Shown: positions 27,987 through 36,242 of the stretch, one piece after another | How positions within the stretch are numbered: position 1 is the first letter of the stretch | Layout: each line of letters starts with the position of its first letter | Assembly (NCBI GenBank): GCA_035500015.1 | Contig: DATJXQ010000080.1 | Span: forward strand, 1 to 47,160 | Length of the DNA stretch: 47,160 bases | Source: Steroidobacteraceae bacterium | Lineage (GTDB): Bacteria; Pseudomonadota; Gammaproteobacteria; Steroidobacterales; Steroidobacteraceae | Direction: 5' to 3' | The notes under the pieces: generated by a model | Seen by the model: only the letters and a program-made list of their open reading frames with translations | The model's database searches: none | What the model was told of the DNA's origin: nothing | Program-made: the position numbers and the translations under genes

Positions 27987-28076
27987 GGTTTCCTTGTATT
28001 CGTCTCTGGTCCGGGTTCGGGACGCGCCCGCACGAAGTGCGGCTGTAGCGCGAGGACGAGAGACTAGAAACCACGC

Positions 28077-28106
28077 ATGACATTCGCGTTTCCTTTTCTT
28101 GACAGT
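28077..28106 (-). promoter_or_regulatory. possible Pho-box-like element upstream of the phosphoesterase gene
   Basis: The minus strand reads CTGTCAAGAAA-AGGAAACGCGA-ATGTCAT. There are two TGTCA half-sites exactly 22 nt (2 x 11) apart with a degenerate middle repeat, about 90-120 nt upstream of the ATG. Confidence 0.3.
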
Positions 28107-28117
28107 TTCGAAAGCCG

Positions 28118-28894
28118 TTACCGCGCTGCCGGCGCCGGAGCACGCAGCGCGGGCAGCAGTTGCACCAACAGCGCGCACGCCGCCAGCGTCCACACGATCA
28201 TCGCGCCGCTGGGCAGGTCGAACACGGCCGACAGCACCAGGCCGGATAGATAGCCGGCGATGCCAACCGAATACGCGGCGACGAGCTGCCGCTTGCCCGC
28301 CAGGCCCGAAGTCGCCAGCGCCGGCACGATGAGGCTGGCAAATACCAGATACACGCCAACGAGTTGCACCGATACCGTGATGGCCAACGCGAACAACGCA
28401 TAGAACAGCACGCCGGCGAGGCGCCCACCGCGCAGCCACATGATGGCCAGCAGCACCAGCGAGATCAGCGCCGCCGGAACCAGTTGCCGGTAACTGACCC
28501 ACAGGATCTGCCCGACCAGCAGATCCTTCAGGTGCTCGCCGCCCTGCGGATTGTTGGCCAGCAGCAGCAGGCCGCCGGTGGCCGCCAGCACGAACAGCGT
28601 GCCGATGAAGGGCTCCTGCATTTTCGGCCAGCGACGGTCGGTCCACGCCAGCAGCGCGGCGCCGGCCAGCGCGGCGACGGCCGCGGCGATCTGCACGCCT
28701 ATGCCATGTTCGGGAACGCCGAGGAACTGCGCGGCAATCACACCCATCGCCGCGATCTGCGCGATGGCCAGATCAATGAAGATGATGCCGCGCGAGAGCA
28801 CCTGCCGCCCCAGCGGCACGTGCGTGGCGAGCACGATCACGCCGGCCACCATGGCGGGGCCGAGGATGCTGATGTCCAGTCCTTCCAGCGTCAT
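28118..28894 (-). CDS. metal ABC transporter permease (ABC-3 / ZnuB-like)
   Basis: 258 aa, polytopic. GIIFIDLAIAQIAAMG and VGVYLVFASLIVPALA patterns fit ABC-3 family permeases. ATGA overlap with the SBP gene. Confidence 0.88.
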   Translation of the reverse strand: MTLEGLDISILGPAMVAGVIVLATHVPLGRQVLSRGIIFIDLAIAQIAAMGVIAAQFLGVPEHGIGVQIAAAVAALAGAALLAWTDRRWPKMQEPFIGTLFVLAATGGLLLLANNPQGGEHLKDLLVGQILWVSYRQLVPAALISLVLLAIMWLRGGRLAGVLFYALFALAITVSVQLVGVYLVFASLIVPALATSGLAGKRQLVAAYSVGIAGYLSGLVLSAVFDLPSGAMIVWTLAACALLVQLLPALRAPAPAAR

Positions 28895-29790
28895 TTCTTC
28901 GCGACTCCCAGCAGCTTGTCGATGGTCGAGTCGAACAGGCCGAACAGGTCCTTCGACTGCGCATCACCACCCACGGTGTACGGCAGCACCACCACCGGCA
29001 CGCCGGTGCGCTCCGACAGCCACTGCGCGGGCTTGGGATCCTGGTACGCCGCGCTGATGATGGCGTACACGCCCTGCTCCTTCGCGGTGCTGATCAGGCT
29101 CGAAAGATGCGCGCTGGTTGGCGGCACGCCGGGTTTGGGCTCCAGCGCGCCGACCTCCTGCATGCCCAGCCACTGCTCCAGGTAGATCCAGCTGACGTGA
29201 TGCACGATGACCTTCCTGCCCTTCAGCGGTGCGGCCCTGGCCTCCCAGCGCTTGATGGCGGCCTGCCAGCGCGTGGTGAAGTCGGCCAGCCGCTGCTGGT
29301 AGGTCGCCGCGTTGGCGGCATCCAGCTCCGCCAGCCGCGCGGCCAATCCATCGGCGATCTTCAGCACGCGGTAAGGGTCGAGCTGGAAGTGCGGGTTGCC
29401 TTCCGGATGCACGTCACCGGCGGCGCGATCCACCTGGCTGGGCTTTTCCAGCGTGGTGATCTGGCTCGCGGCCATGAAATAACCCGGGCCATCGGCCACC
29501 GCATGATTGCCGGATTGCTGGATCAGCTGCGGCAGCCAGCCCACTTCCAGCTCCGCGCCGGTGCACACCAGCAGGTTGGCCTTGCGCACGCGCGCGATCA
29601 GGCTGGGCTTGGCGTCGATCTGGTGCACGTCCTGCATGGCCGTGGTGCCCACGCTGACGTCGACCTTGTCGCCGGCCAGCTCCTGCACCAGCGAGCCCCA
29701 CTCCGGCTCGCAGGCGAACACCTGCAGTTTCGCGCAGGCCGGCAATGCGAACAGGCCCAGCAGCAATGCGGAAAGTATCTTCTTCATCAT
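28891..29790 (-). CDS. metal ABC transporter substrate-binding protein (cluster A-I, ZnuA/TroA-like)
   Basis: ATG ATG at 29785-29790. Signal peptide MMKKILSALLLGLFALPACA. Metal-ligand blocks MQDVHQIDAKPS, DVHPEGNPHFQLDP, VIVHHVSWIYL. No long His-rich loop. Confidence 0.85.
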   Translation of the reverse strand: MMKKILSALLLGLFALPACAKLQVFACEPEWGSLVQELAGDKVDVSVGTTAMQDVHQIDAKPSLIARVRKANLLVCTGAELEVGWLPQLIQQSGNHAVADGPGYFMAASQITTLEKPSQVDRAAGDVHPEGNPHFQLDPYRVLKIADGLAARLAELDAANAATYQQRLADFTTRWQAAIKRWEARAAPLKGRKVIVHHVSWIYLEQWLGMQEVGALEPKPGVPPTSAHLSSLISTAKEQGVYAIISAAYQDPKPAQWLSERTGVPVVVLPYTVGGDAQSKDLFGLFDSTIDKLLGVAKK

Positions 29791-29803
29791 GGTCGTGTCC
29801 TCG

Positions 29804-30967
29804 TCAGAACTTGTGCGCGCCATGCGCGCCGATGGTGGTCTGTATCTGCAGCGACACCGCGTTGTCGGTGGCCGTGGCGCTGGGGTGGTCGCGGCTGAGC
29901 TGCAGGCGCACCAGGCTGAACTCGCTGTTGAGCCAGGTGAGCACCAGGCTGTGGCGGTAGGGATCGAAGCCGCTGGCAAAGGGAGCACCTTGCGGCGCCC
30001 AGATCTGGTCGTAGCGGTAGCCGGTTTCCCACTGGCGGTTGATGCGATACACGGTTTCCGCATACCAGCCGCGGCGCTTGCCGCTCCAGGCCTCCTCCGG
30101 CAGCACTTCATCCGGATCGGCGAAGGTGCCGTTGCGGTCGTCGATGAAGTATTCGCTGCGCACCAGGAAGCCGCCGTCCTTGGTGTTGCCGCCCGGCGCC
30201 CACTTCCAGGTGAGGTCGGCGATGTACAGCTTGTTGATGCCGGAGAAGCCGTCGTCCGCGCCGGCGGTCTTCGAGTGCAGCATCGAAACACCGGCCAGCC
30301 AGGAATTCTCCACGCCCAGGTCGCCGCCCACGTGCGCGAACAGCGTGTCCACGCCCACGCCGGAATGCTGCGCGCCGGCGCTGGGGAAGCTCACACCGCG
30401 AAAGGCTTCGCCGCCCAGTTCGATGAACAGGTCGGTAGGAGGCACCCAGCGCAGTTGCACGCCGTCATCGCCGTACTGGTTGCCGAGGAAGGCCTGGTAG
30501 GGCAGCGGCCGGTCGGAGAACTTGTCCGTGTGCGGATGGTGGCTGTTCAGGTAGCCGATGTTTGAGTAGAAACGTCCGGCACGCAGCGTGAGACCATCCG
30601 GCAGTGCGGTGGTGTCGACGAAGGCTTCCTCGATGCCAAAGTTGTCGTGGCCGTCCTCGTTCTCCACCGTCATGGTGAGCTGCGCGAAGAACTTCTCGTC
30701 CACGTTGGCGGCCAGCGCCAGCTCGCTCTCGCCGATCGACAGGCCCTGCGGCAGCGGCCCGGCCTCGCCGCCCAGCGGGAAACCATCGCGCGAGTAATCG
30801 CTCGGGCTGAGCGAATGATGTGTATAGAAGCCATTGAGGATGACGCTCATGGCGGGGTTGAAGGCATTGGCATTGGCGCCGGTGGCGGGCGCCCCTGAAT
30901 CTTCGGCGGCGAAAGTCCGCGCGCTGGCGGCTGCCAGCAGGCAAACAGCAAGAGAAACTCGTTTCAT
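29804..30967 (-). CDS. outer-membrane beta-barrel (porin-like) protein co-transcribed with the metal ABC genes
   Basis: 387 aa. Signal peptide MKRVSLAVCLLAAASARTFA. Beta-strand periodicity, His-rich patches (LNSHHPHTDKF). C-terminal ...TTIGAHGAHKF ends in Phe. Confidence 0.8.
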   Translation of the reverse strand: MKRVSLAVCLLAAASARTFAAEDSGAPATGANANAFNPAMSVILNGFYTHHSLSPSDYSRDGFPLGGEAGPLPQGLSIGESELALAANVDEKFFAQLTMTVENEDGHDNFGIEEAFVDTTALPDGLTLRAGRFYSNIGYLNSHHPHTDKFSDRPLPYQAFLGNQYGDDGVQLRWVPPTDLFIELGGEAFRGVSFPSAGAQHSGVGVDTLFAHVGGDLGVENSWLAGVSMLHSKTAGADDGFSGINKLYIADLTWKWAPGGNTKDGGFLVRSEYFIDDRNGTFADPDEVLPEEAWSGKRRGWYAETVYRINRQWETGYRYDQIWAPQGAPFASGFDPYRHSLVLTWLNSEFSLVRLQLSRDHPSATATDNAVSLQIQTTIGAHGAHKF

Positions 30968-31079
30968 GATTGTTCCCGGTCGGATCGCGTGGGGCGCGTA
31001 GGCGCCGGCCGGAGCAGGCTCCGGCGCGGTCCATCAGCGGCCATTGAGACGGGCGACCACGGCGGGTCGCCCGGAAGCA

Positions 31080-31448
31080 TCACGCGATCGGCGGGCGGAG
31101 GAGCCTCGCGATGCGTTGCACAGGAGCCGGCAACCGGATCGACGGGGGATTCAGCACGGAATCGAACTGCACCGCCGGAACCGCCACGACCGCGGCGGTA
31201 TCGGCATAAACGCCGCCATCGTCGCTGTGCAGCAGGCCGTGGGCGCCGCGGGCGTGTTCCGCGTCCAGCTGGCGTTCCAGCGGGGAATCCGGCCGGAACT
31301 TCTCATGCGCCAGCGCGGCCAGCTCGTGGCCCAGCTGGTGGGTTTCGCACCAGGTGGAATAGGCCGGCCTGACGAGCACCGAAAGCAGCAGCACGCCCAC
31401 GAGCACGATTCGCGGCAGCAGCGGCAGGTGCCTGGCAGGACGGATCAC
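31080..31448 (-). CDS. small His-rich protein with N-terminal hydrophobic anchor, copy A
   Basis: 122 aa, GTG start. Core YSTWCETHQLGHELAALAHEKFRPDSPLERQLDAEHARGAHGLLHSDDGGVYA is identical to copy B. Most nucleotide differences between the copies are synonymous in this frame. Confidence 0.7.
   Translation of the reverse strand: MIRPARHLPLLPRIVLVGVLLLSVLVRPAYSTWCETHQLGHELAALAHEKFRPDSPLERQLDAEHARGAHGLLHSDDGGVYADTAAVVAVPAVQFDSVLNPPSIRLPAPVQRIARLLRPPIA
31181..31361. repeat. direct repeat, copy A (core of the duplicated small gene)
   Basis: Aligns without gaps to 33913-34093. By hand count there are 11 mismatches in 181 nt, including a 71-nt perfect run (tgttccgcgtccagctggcgttccagcggggaatccggccggaacttctcatgcgccagcgcggccagctc). 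Confidence 0.9.
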
Positions 31449-31477
31449 TGCCGTACTTTACGATCCGCGCGCCGCCG

Positions 31478-31541
31478 GCGCCAGCCACCGGGCAGGTGGC
31501 TGGCGCGGCATGCATGGCCCGCGGCCCCGGCGCCGCGGGCC
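31478..31541 (-). terminator. two GC hairpins downstream of the TonB-dependent receptor gene
   Basis: GCGCCAGCCACC-gggca-GGTGGCTGGCGC (31478-31506) and GGCCCGCGGC-N6-GCCGCGGGCC (31516-31541), just after the receptor stop at 31549. No U-tract. Confidence 0.4.
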
Positions 31542-31548
31542 GGAGGCG

Positions 31549-33546
31549 TCAATCCAGCGCCGCGCGGATCATCAGGCGGATATCGCGGCCGGGCATGAGC
31601 ACCTCATCCTTGTTCAGCGCCACGGCATCGCGCTGCGCGCTGTTGGTCAGGTTGCGGCCGATCAGCGCGAATTCCACGCCGGAGTGCCGCGCCCAGGGGC
31701 GCACCGCCAGCTGCGCGCCGACATCGGTGTAACCGCCGGTCTCGGTCTCGGCGGTGGCCAGCTTGTCCTGCCGGCCCGCGTATTTCACGGTGACCGAGGC
31801 ATCCACGCGCGGTCCCTGCCAGCTCAGCCCGCCACCCACGTGGTAGGGCGGAATGCGTGGCACATTGCCGGCGCCGCCGGCGAGCTTTGCGCGCACGGTG
31901 TCGGCCAGCAGGTCCAGGTGCAGGTGCGCCGAACCCTGCTGCAGCAGTTCGAACTGCGCGTGGCCTTCGGCGCCGCGGAATCTCGCGTCCTGCTGGCGGT
32001 AGAACAGCTCCTTCAGCTCCTCATCGCCGCCGAAGGAGCAGCTGCCGTCATCGTCGCAATGCCGGCCGGTGAGCGCACCGTAGATGAAGTTGCTGAAGTT
32101 GGTGGCCCACACCGAGCCGTCGGCATGCACGCGTTCACCGCGAAAGCGCAGCGTGGCTTCCAGCGAGTTGGCGCGCTCCAGGCCCAGCGTGGCATCGCCG
32201 GTCTCGTAGGTGGCGGGGCCATCATGCGGGCCGTGCGCGAACAGCTCGGTCTGCGCCGGCGCGCGCGCCGCCGAGGTCAGTGCCAGGCCGGCGCGCCAGG
32301 TATCGGTCAGGTCATACACCAGACCGGCCGAACCGCTGAGCGGCGTGAAGCTGCGCGACACGGCCACGTCCTCACCTGTGGTGCCGTCGACCTGCACGTT
32401 CTCCACGCGCGCGCCGAACTGCAGCCGCAGCGCCTTGGCCAGCGGCGCCTCGGCGAAGCCGAACACCGCGCGGTTCTTCGTGGTGGTGGGCAGCAGGTAA
32501 TCCTCGCCCTCGCCCAGCGCCGAGAAATCGCGCTGCTGCAGCTCCATGCCCAGCGAGGTCGCGGAGAACACGCCCCAGTCGCCGCCCACCGCCTCGGCGC
32601 GCGAATCCCATTCGCGATCCTTGAAGGTGGAATCGACCTCGCCGCTGTCGTTCTCGATCTCGCTGTGCTTGTAGTTCGCCCAGCCGCCGTCGACGGTGAG
32701 TTTCTGCCACGGACCGGCAGCCAGCTGCCAGCCGGAACGCAGCCCCAGCCTGGTCTGCTGCATGTCGATGAACGTGGTGTCGCTGGGGATGCCGTAGCGC
32801 GAATCATGCTGTTCCACGTCCAGCCCCAGGTTGTTGTCGCCGTCGATCCACGCCCCGCCGAGCGCACCGCCATGCGCGTGCAGCCAGGAATTGTCCTGGG
32901 TGCCGTCCGGCGTATCGTAGTCGCCGGAGTGACGGTCGAAGGCGTCGGCATGCAACGCGAACCCGCCCTGCCGCAGGTTGTATTGCCCGGCGAAATCGCG
33001 GCTGTCGGCAACGCTGCCGAACTCGGCGACCACCTCGCCGCTGGAGGTGCCGTCCGGAAGGTGCGTGGGCACGCGGTCGCTGATGGCGTTGACCACGCCG
33101 CCGATGGCCTGGCTGCCATAGCGCAGCGTGGCCGCGCCACGCACCACTTCCACGCGCTCGGCGGTGAAGGGATCGATGGGCACGCCATGGTCCGGCCCGA
33201 CGTCGGATACGTCGAAGCTGCCGACGCCGTCCTCCAGCACGCGCACGCGGTTGGCGTCCATGCCGCGGATCACCGGCCGGCCGGCGCCGGCCGCAAAGCC
33301 GCTGCTGGTCACGCCGGGCACCTGGTCGAGCGCGTCGGCCAGGGTGTTGCCGCCGGAGCGAAGCAGCTGGTCGCGATTGACGCTGCCGGCGATGGTCGCC
33401 AGGTGATCCGGATCGCCGATGGGCGAGGCGGTCACCACGACTTCCTCGAGCTGGGAGGCATCCGTGGCCTGTTGCGCATGAACCGGGGAATGAAATGAAA
33501 CGACGGCCAGCGCCAATGCGGCGCCGGCGAGATGGATCCTGGACAT
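31549..33546 (-). CDS. TonB-dependent receptor (ZnuD/HemR-like small receptor class, metal uptake)
   Basis: 665 aa. Signal peptide; plug motifs EEVVVTASP, DALDQVPGVTSSG, PVIRGMDANRVRVLEDG, RVEVVRGAATLRYGSQAIGGVVN. His-rich predicted loops (NSWLHAHGG, ELFAHGPHDG). Confidence 0.88.
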   Translation of the reverse strand: MSRIHLAGAALALAVVSFHSPVHAQQATDASQLEEVVVTASPIGDPDHLATIAGSVNRDQLLRSGGNTLADALDQVPGVTSSGFAAGAGRPVIRGMDANRVRVLEDGVGSFDVSDVGPDHGVPIDPFTAERVEVVRGAATLRYGSQAIGGVVNAISDRVPTHLPDGTSSGEVVAEFGSVADSRDFAGQYNLRQGGFALHADAFDRHSGDYDTPDGTQDNSWLHAHGGALGGAWIDGDNNLGLDVEQHDSRYGIPSDTTFIDMQQTRLGLRSGWQLAAGPWQKLTVDGGWANYKHSEIENDSGEVDSTFKDREWDSRAEAVGGDWGVFSATSLGMELQQRDFSALGEGEDYLLPTTTKNRAVFGFAEAPLAKALRLQFGARVENVQVDGTTGEDVAVSRSFTPLSGSAGLVYDLTDTWRAGLALTSAARAPAQTELFAHGPHDGPATYETGDATLGLERANSLEATLRFRGERVHADGSVWATNFSNFIYGALTGRHCDDDGSCSFGGDEELKELFYRQQDARFRGAEGHAQFELLQQGSAHLHLDLLADTVRAKLAGGAGNVPRIPPYHVGGGLSWQGPRVDASVTVKYAGRQDKLATAETETGGYTDVGAQLAVRPWARHSGVEFALIGRNLTNSAQRDAVALNKDEVLMPGRDIRLMIRAALD

Positions 33547-33811
33547 CTGTCACCTCGAAAAATGTATGCGTGATCGCTGCGCAGGCCGTCGCCGGCCGCG
33601 CAGGGCTGCTGCAGTCAAGGAAAAGGCCGGCCCTGCCGCTTCAACGCCGACGGCGGATCGCATGCAACCGGAGCCCGCGCTCCAGGCAGCAGGAGGTCCG
33701 CTGACGACCACGCGCAGGACGGTTGCGCAAGCAGCCGCCATCGCGGCGACACGCGGTCGCCGGTCAAACGTGGTCGGAATCGGCCGGCGCGGCGCGCCAA
33801 CCCGGGATGCC

Positions 33812-34180
33812 TCAGGCGATCGGAGGCCGCAGCAACCTGCCGATGCGCTGCACGGGAGCCGGCAGCACGATGGCAAGGGGATTCAGCACGGATTCGACGT
33901 GGACGGCCGGTGCCGCCACGACCGCGGCGGTGCCCGCATAGACGCCGCCATCGTCACTGTGCAGCAGGCCATGGGCGCCGCGCGCATGTTCCGCGTCCAG
34001 CTGGCGTTCCAGCGGGGAATCCGGCCGGAACTTCTCATGCGCCAGCGCGGCCAGCTCATGGCCGAGCTGGTGGGTTTCGCACCAGGTGGAATACATCGGC
34101 CTGCCCAGCACCGAAAACATCGTCATCGCCAGCAGCGTGACGCGCAGCGCGAATGGCAGCCTCTGGATCGGGTTGAACAC
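33812..34180 (-). CDS. small His-rich protein with N-terminal hydrophobic anchor, copy B
   Basis: 122 aa, GTG start (ATG alternatives 19-21 codons in). Same 53-aa core as copy A. Located 18 nt downstream of the MFS gene stop and upstream of the TonB-dependent receptor. Confidence 0.7.
   Translation of the reverse strand: MFNPIQRLPFALRVTLLAMTMFSVLGRPMYSTWCETHQLGHELAALAHEKFRPDSPLERQLDAEHARGAHGLLHSDDGGVYAGTAAVVAAPAVHVESVLNPLAIVLPAPVQRIGRLLRPPIA
33913..34093. repeat. direct repeat, copy B
   Basis: See copy A. Same orientation, 2732 nt apart, bracketing the TonB-dependent receptor gene. Confidence 0.9.
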
Positions 34181-34198
34181 AGCAGTAATGTAAATGTC

Positions 34199-35431
34199 TC
34201 AGGTCGGCCGATGCAATGGCAGGCGGCGCGCCGGCGCCAGCGCCAGCAATGCGCCGCCGGCCGCGAGCAGCAGTGCGCACGCCAGCGTGAGGCGCGTCGC
34301 AACCTGCCCCCACAGCACGCTGCCCGCGGCCAGGCAGCCATAGAACACGGCGGTGTACAGCGCCATGCCGCGCGCGCGGATGAAATCCGGCACGGCCAGC
34401 TGCGCCGCCACGTTCAGCGAGGACAGTGCCGCGAGCCACGACGCGCCCGCGACCAGGCTGGCGAGCATGCCCAGCCACTGCACGCGCAGCAGCGCATAGC
34501 CGGCCAGCGCCAGCGCCGTGCCGACGGTGCCGGCGATCAAGGTGCCGTCGAGGCCGAAGCGCTGGCGCAGTCGCGGCAATGCCAGCGCGCCCGCCACCGC
34601 GCCGGTACCGATGCAGCCGACGAGGACGCCGTACAGGCGCGCGTCTCCGGCCAGCTGCTGTCGCGCCACCAGCGGCAGCAATGCCCAGTAGGCGCTGGCG
34701 AAAATGTAGAACGCCACCGCGCGCAGCAGCGTGTTGCGCAACGACCGGTTGGCAGCCGCATGCCGCACGCCGGCGAGCATCGAGGCGATGAGGCTCTCCT
34801 GCGTCACGGCGCGCGGCGCCACCGCCGCCGGCCGCCAGTGCCACAGCGCGACGATGATGGCGACGAACGACACCGCATTGAGGAAGAACGGCCACGCAAT
34901 GCCCAGCACCACGATCAGCAGGCCGCCGATGGCCGGGCCGATCGCACGTGCCAGGTTCATGCCCACGGCATGCAGCGCCACGGCCGGCGGCAGGTTCGCG
35001 CGCGGCACCAGCTGCGGCAGGATGGCCTGCCAGGTCGGCGAGCTGATCGCCGTGCCCACGCCCAGCCCGAAGGTGATCGCCAGCAGCGCGGCCGTGTTCG
35101 CCGCGCCGGCGAGAACCAGCACGCCGAGCAGCGCCGCGAGCAGCAGCATGCAGGCCTGCACCAGCATCAGCAGCCGCCGCCGGTCGCAGCGATCGGCCAG
35201 CGCGCCGGCCGGCAGCGCCAGCAGGAACACCGGCAAGGTGGTGGCGGCCTGCACCAGCGCCACCATCAGCGGCGTCGGCGCCAGCGTGGTCATCAGCCAG
35301 CCGGCCGCGACGTCGTGCATCCAGCTGCCGGTGTTGGACAGCAGCGCCGCGCTCCACAGCAGCGCGAAATCCGGGTAACGGAACGGGCTCCATGCGCCGG
35401 CCGGCGTGGCGCCGCCCTGATGTGTGCTCAC
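34199..35431 (-). CDS. MFS transporter (EntS/MFS_3-like exporter family)
   Basis: GTG at codon 37 of ORF 34199..35539 is preferred, because it avoids overlap with the upstream gene. Sequence: FRYPDFALLWSAALLSNTGSWMHDVAAGWLM..., 12-TM pattern. Confidence 0.8.
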   Translation of the reverse strand: MSTHQGGATPAGAWSPFRYPDFALLWSAALLSNTGSWMHDVAAGWLMTTLAPTPLMVALVQAATTLPVFLLALPAGALADRCDRRRLLMLVQACMLLLAALLGVLVLAGAANTAALLAITFGLGVGTAISSPTWQAILPQLVPRANLPPAVALHAVGMNLARAIGPAIGGLLIVVLGIAWPFFLNAVSFVAIIVALWHWRPAAVAPRAVTQESLIASMLAGVRHAAANRSLRNTLLRAVAFYIFASAYWALLPLVARQQLAGDARLYGVLVGCIGTGAVAGALALPRLRQRFGLDGTLIAGTVGTALALAGYALLRVQWLGMLASLVAGASWLAALSSLNVAAQLAVPDFIRARGMALYTAVFYGCLAAGSVLWGQVATRLTLACALLLAAGGALLALAPARRLPLHRPT

Positions 35432-35462
35432 GTGGATGGCGGCGCGGCGGACCGCGAGGGCA

Positions 35463-36155
35463 TCAGCCCGGCTTCTGGAACAGGAAGATGAGCTGGTCGG
35501 TCTTGTCGTGCATGTCGCGGCTGGGACGCGTGTGGTCATCGTCCGCGTGCTTCAGCACATCGCTCTGCTGCACCAGCTTGAAGCCCACGGAGGTGACTTC
35601 CTTGCGCACCAGGTCCGGATCGATCCGGTGCAGCGTGGAGGTATCGCGCGCGCCCGAGCCTTTTTCCGCGGCGTGGTCGATCACCATGTACAGGCCGCCA
35701 GGCTTCAAGGCGTTCCACACCATCTTGTTGATGGCGGCGAGATCCGCGTTGGGCCGGTTGTGCAGGTCGTGGTAGTTCAGCGAGGTCCACACCAGGTCCA
35801 CCGCGTCGGGCAGCGGCGTGGATGCATCCATGTTGGCCAGCTTGATGTTCGGGTAGTCCGGATCGGCCGCCAGCGCGCGAATTGGCGTGGACATGTCGCG
35901 GCCACCGGGCGGCGCGTTCGGAGCCGGCAACGGCAGCCAGGCATACAGCACGCCCCTCGGCCCGATGATCTTGCTGAAGATGCGCGTGAAGTAGCCCTGG
36001 CCGGGCAGCATCTCGGCCACCTTCTCGCCCGCATGCAGGCCCGTCAGCGCGATGCATTCGGCCGGCTTGCGATCGGCATCGCGCATGCGATCGGCCTCGG
36101 GGCGCGCCGGATCGGCGACCGCGTCGGCAATGGCCTGGGAAGCTGGAGCCGCCAT
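35463..36155 (-). CDS. class I SAM-dependent methyltransferase (COG4798-like)
   Basis: ATG (complement of 36153-36155) after GAGGGGG. Motifs GEKVAEMLPGQGYFT, LKPGGLYMVIDH, TSTLHRID. Confidence 0.8.
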   Translation of the reverse strand: MAAPASQAIADAVADPARPEADRMRDADRKPAECIALTGLHAGEKVAEMLPGQGYFTRIFSKIIGPRGVLYAWLPLPAPNAPPGGRDMSTPIRALAADPDYPNIKLANMDASTPLPDAVDLVWTSLNYHDLHNRPNADLAAINKMVWNALKPGGLYMVIDHAAEKGSGARDTSTLHRIDPDLVRKEVTSVGFKLVQQSDVLKHADDDHTRPSRDMHDKTDQLIFLFQKPG

Positions 36156-36242
36156 ACATACCCCCTCGTGTTGAAGCAGCAGTATAGGGCCGGTCGAGCC
36201 GCGAACGCGACGCTGCCTGCCGCGCCGGGCGGCCCCGGCCAC

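Noticed and set aside
27987-28646. N-terminal 220-codon extension of ORF 25536..28646 (would give a 1036-aa phosphoesterase)
   Set aside because: The extension overlaps the permease gene in another frame and is Arg/Ala/Gly junk. A good RBS plus lipoprotein signal peptide begins at the internal ATG 27986.
29791-30291. Upstream extension of the SBP ORF (28891..30291)
   Set aside because: It overlaps the OM-barrel gene. The translation is Pro/Arg/Ala/Thr-rich without structure. The signal peptide starts at MMKKIL (29790).
28118-35462. Search for a palindromic Zur box in the intergenic regions of the metal-uptake cluster
   Set aside because: The only AT-rich patches are AGTAATGTAAATGT at about 34183-34196, GAAAAATGTATGCG at about 33553-33566 and CGTACTTTACG at about 31452-31462. 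They are short and not palindromic, so I cannot support a Zur site by eye. A PWM scan is needed.
33566-35491. 641-aa plus-strand ORF over the small His-rich gene B and the MFS gene
   Set aside because: Extremely Arg/Gln/His-rich low-complexity translation. It is antisense to a convincing 12-TM MFS protein.
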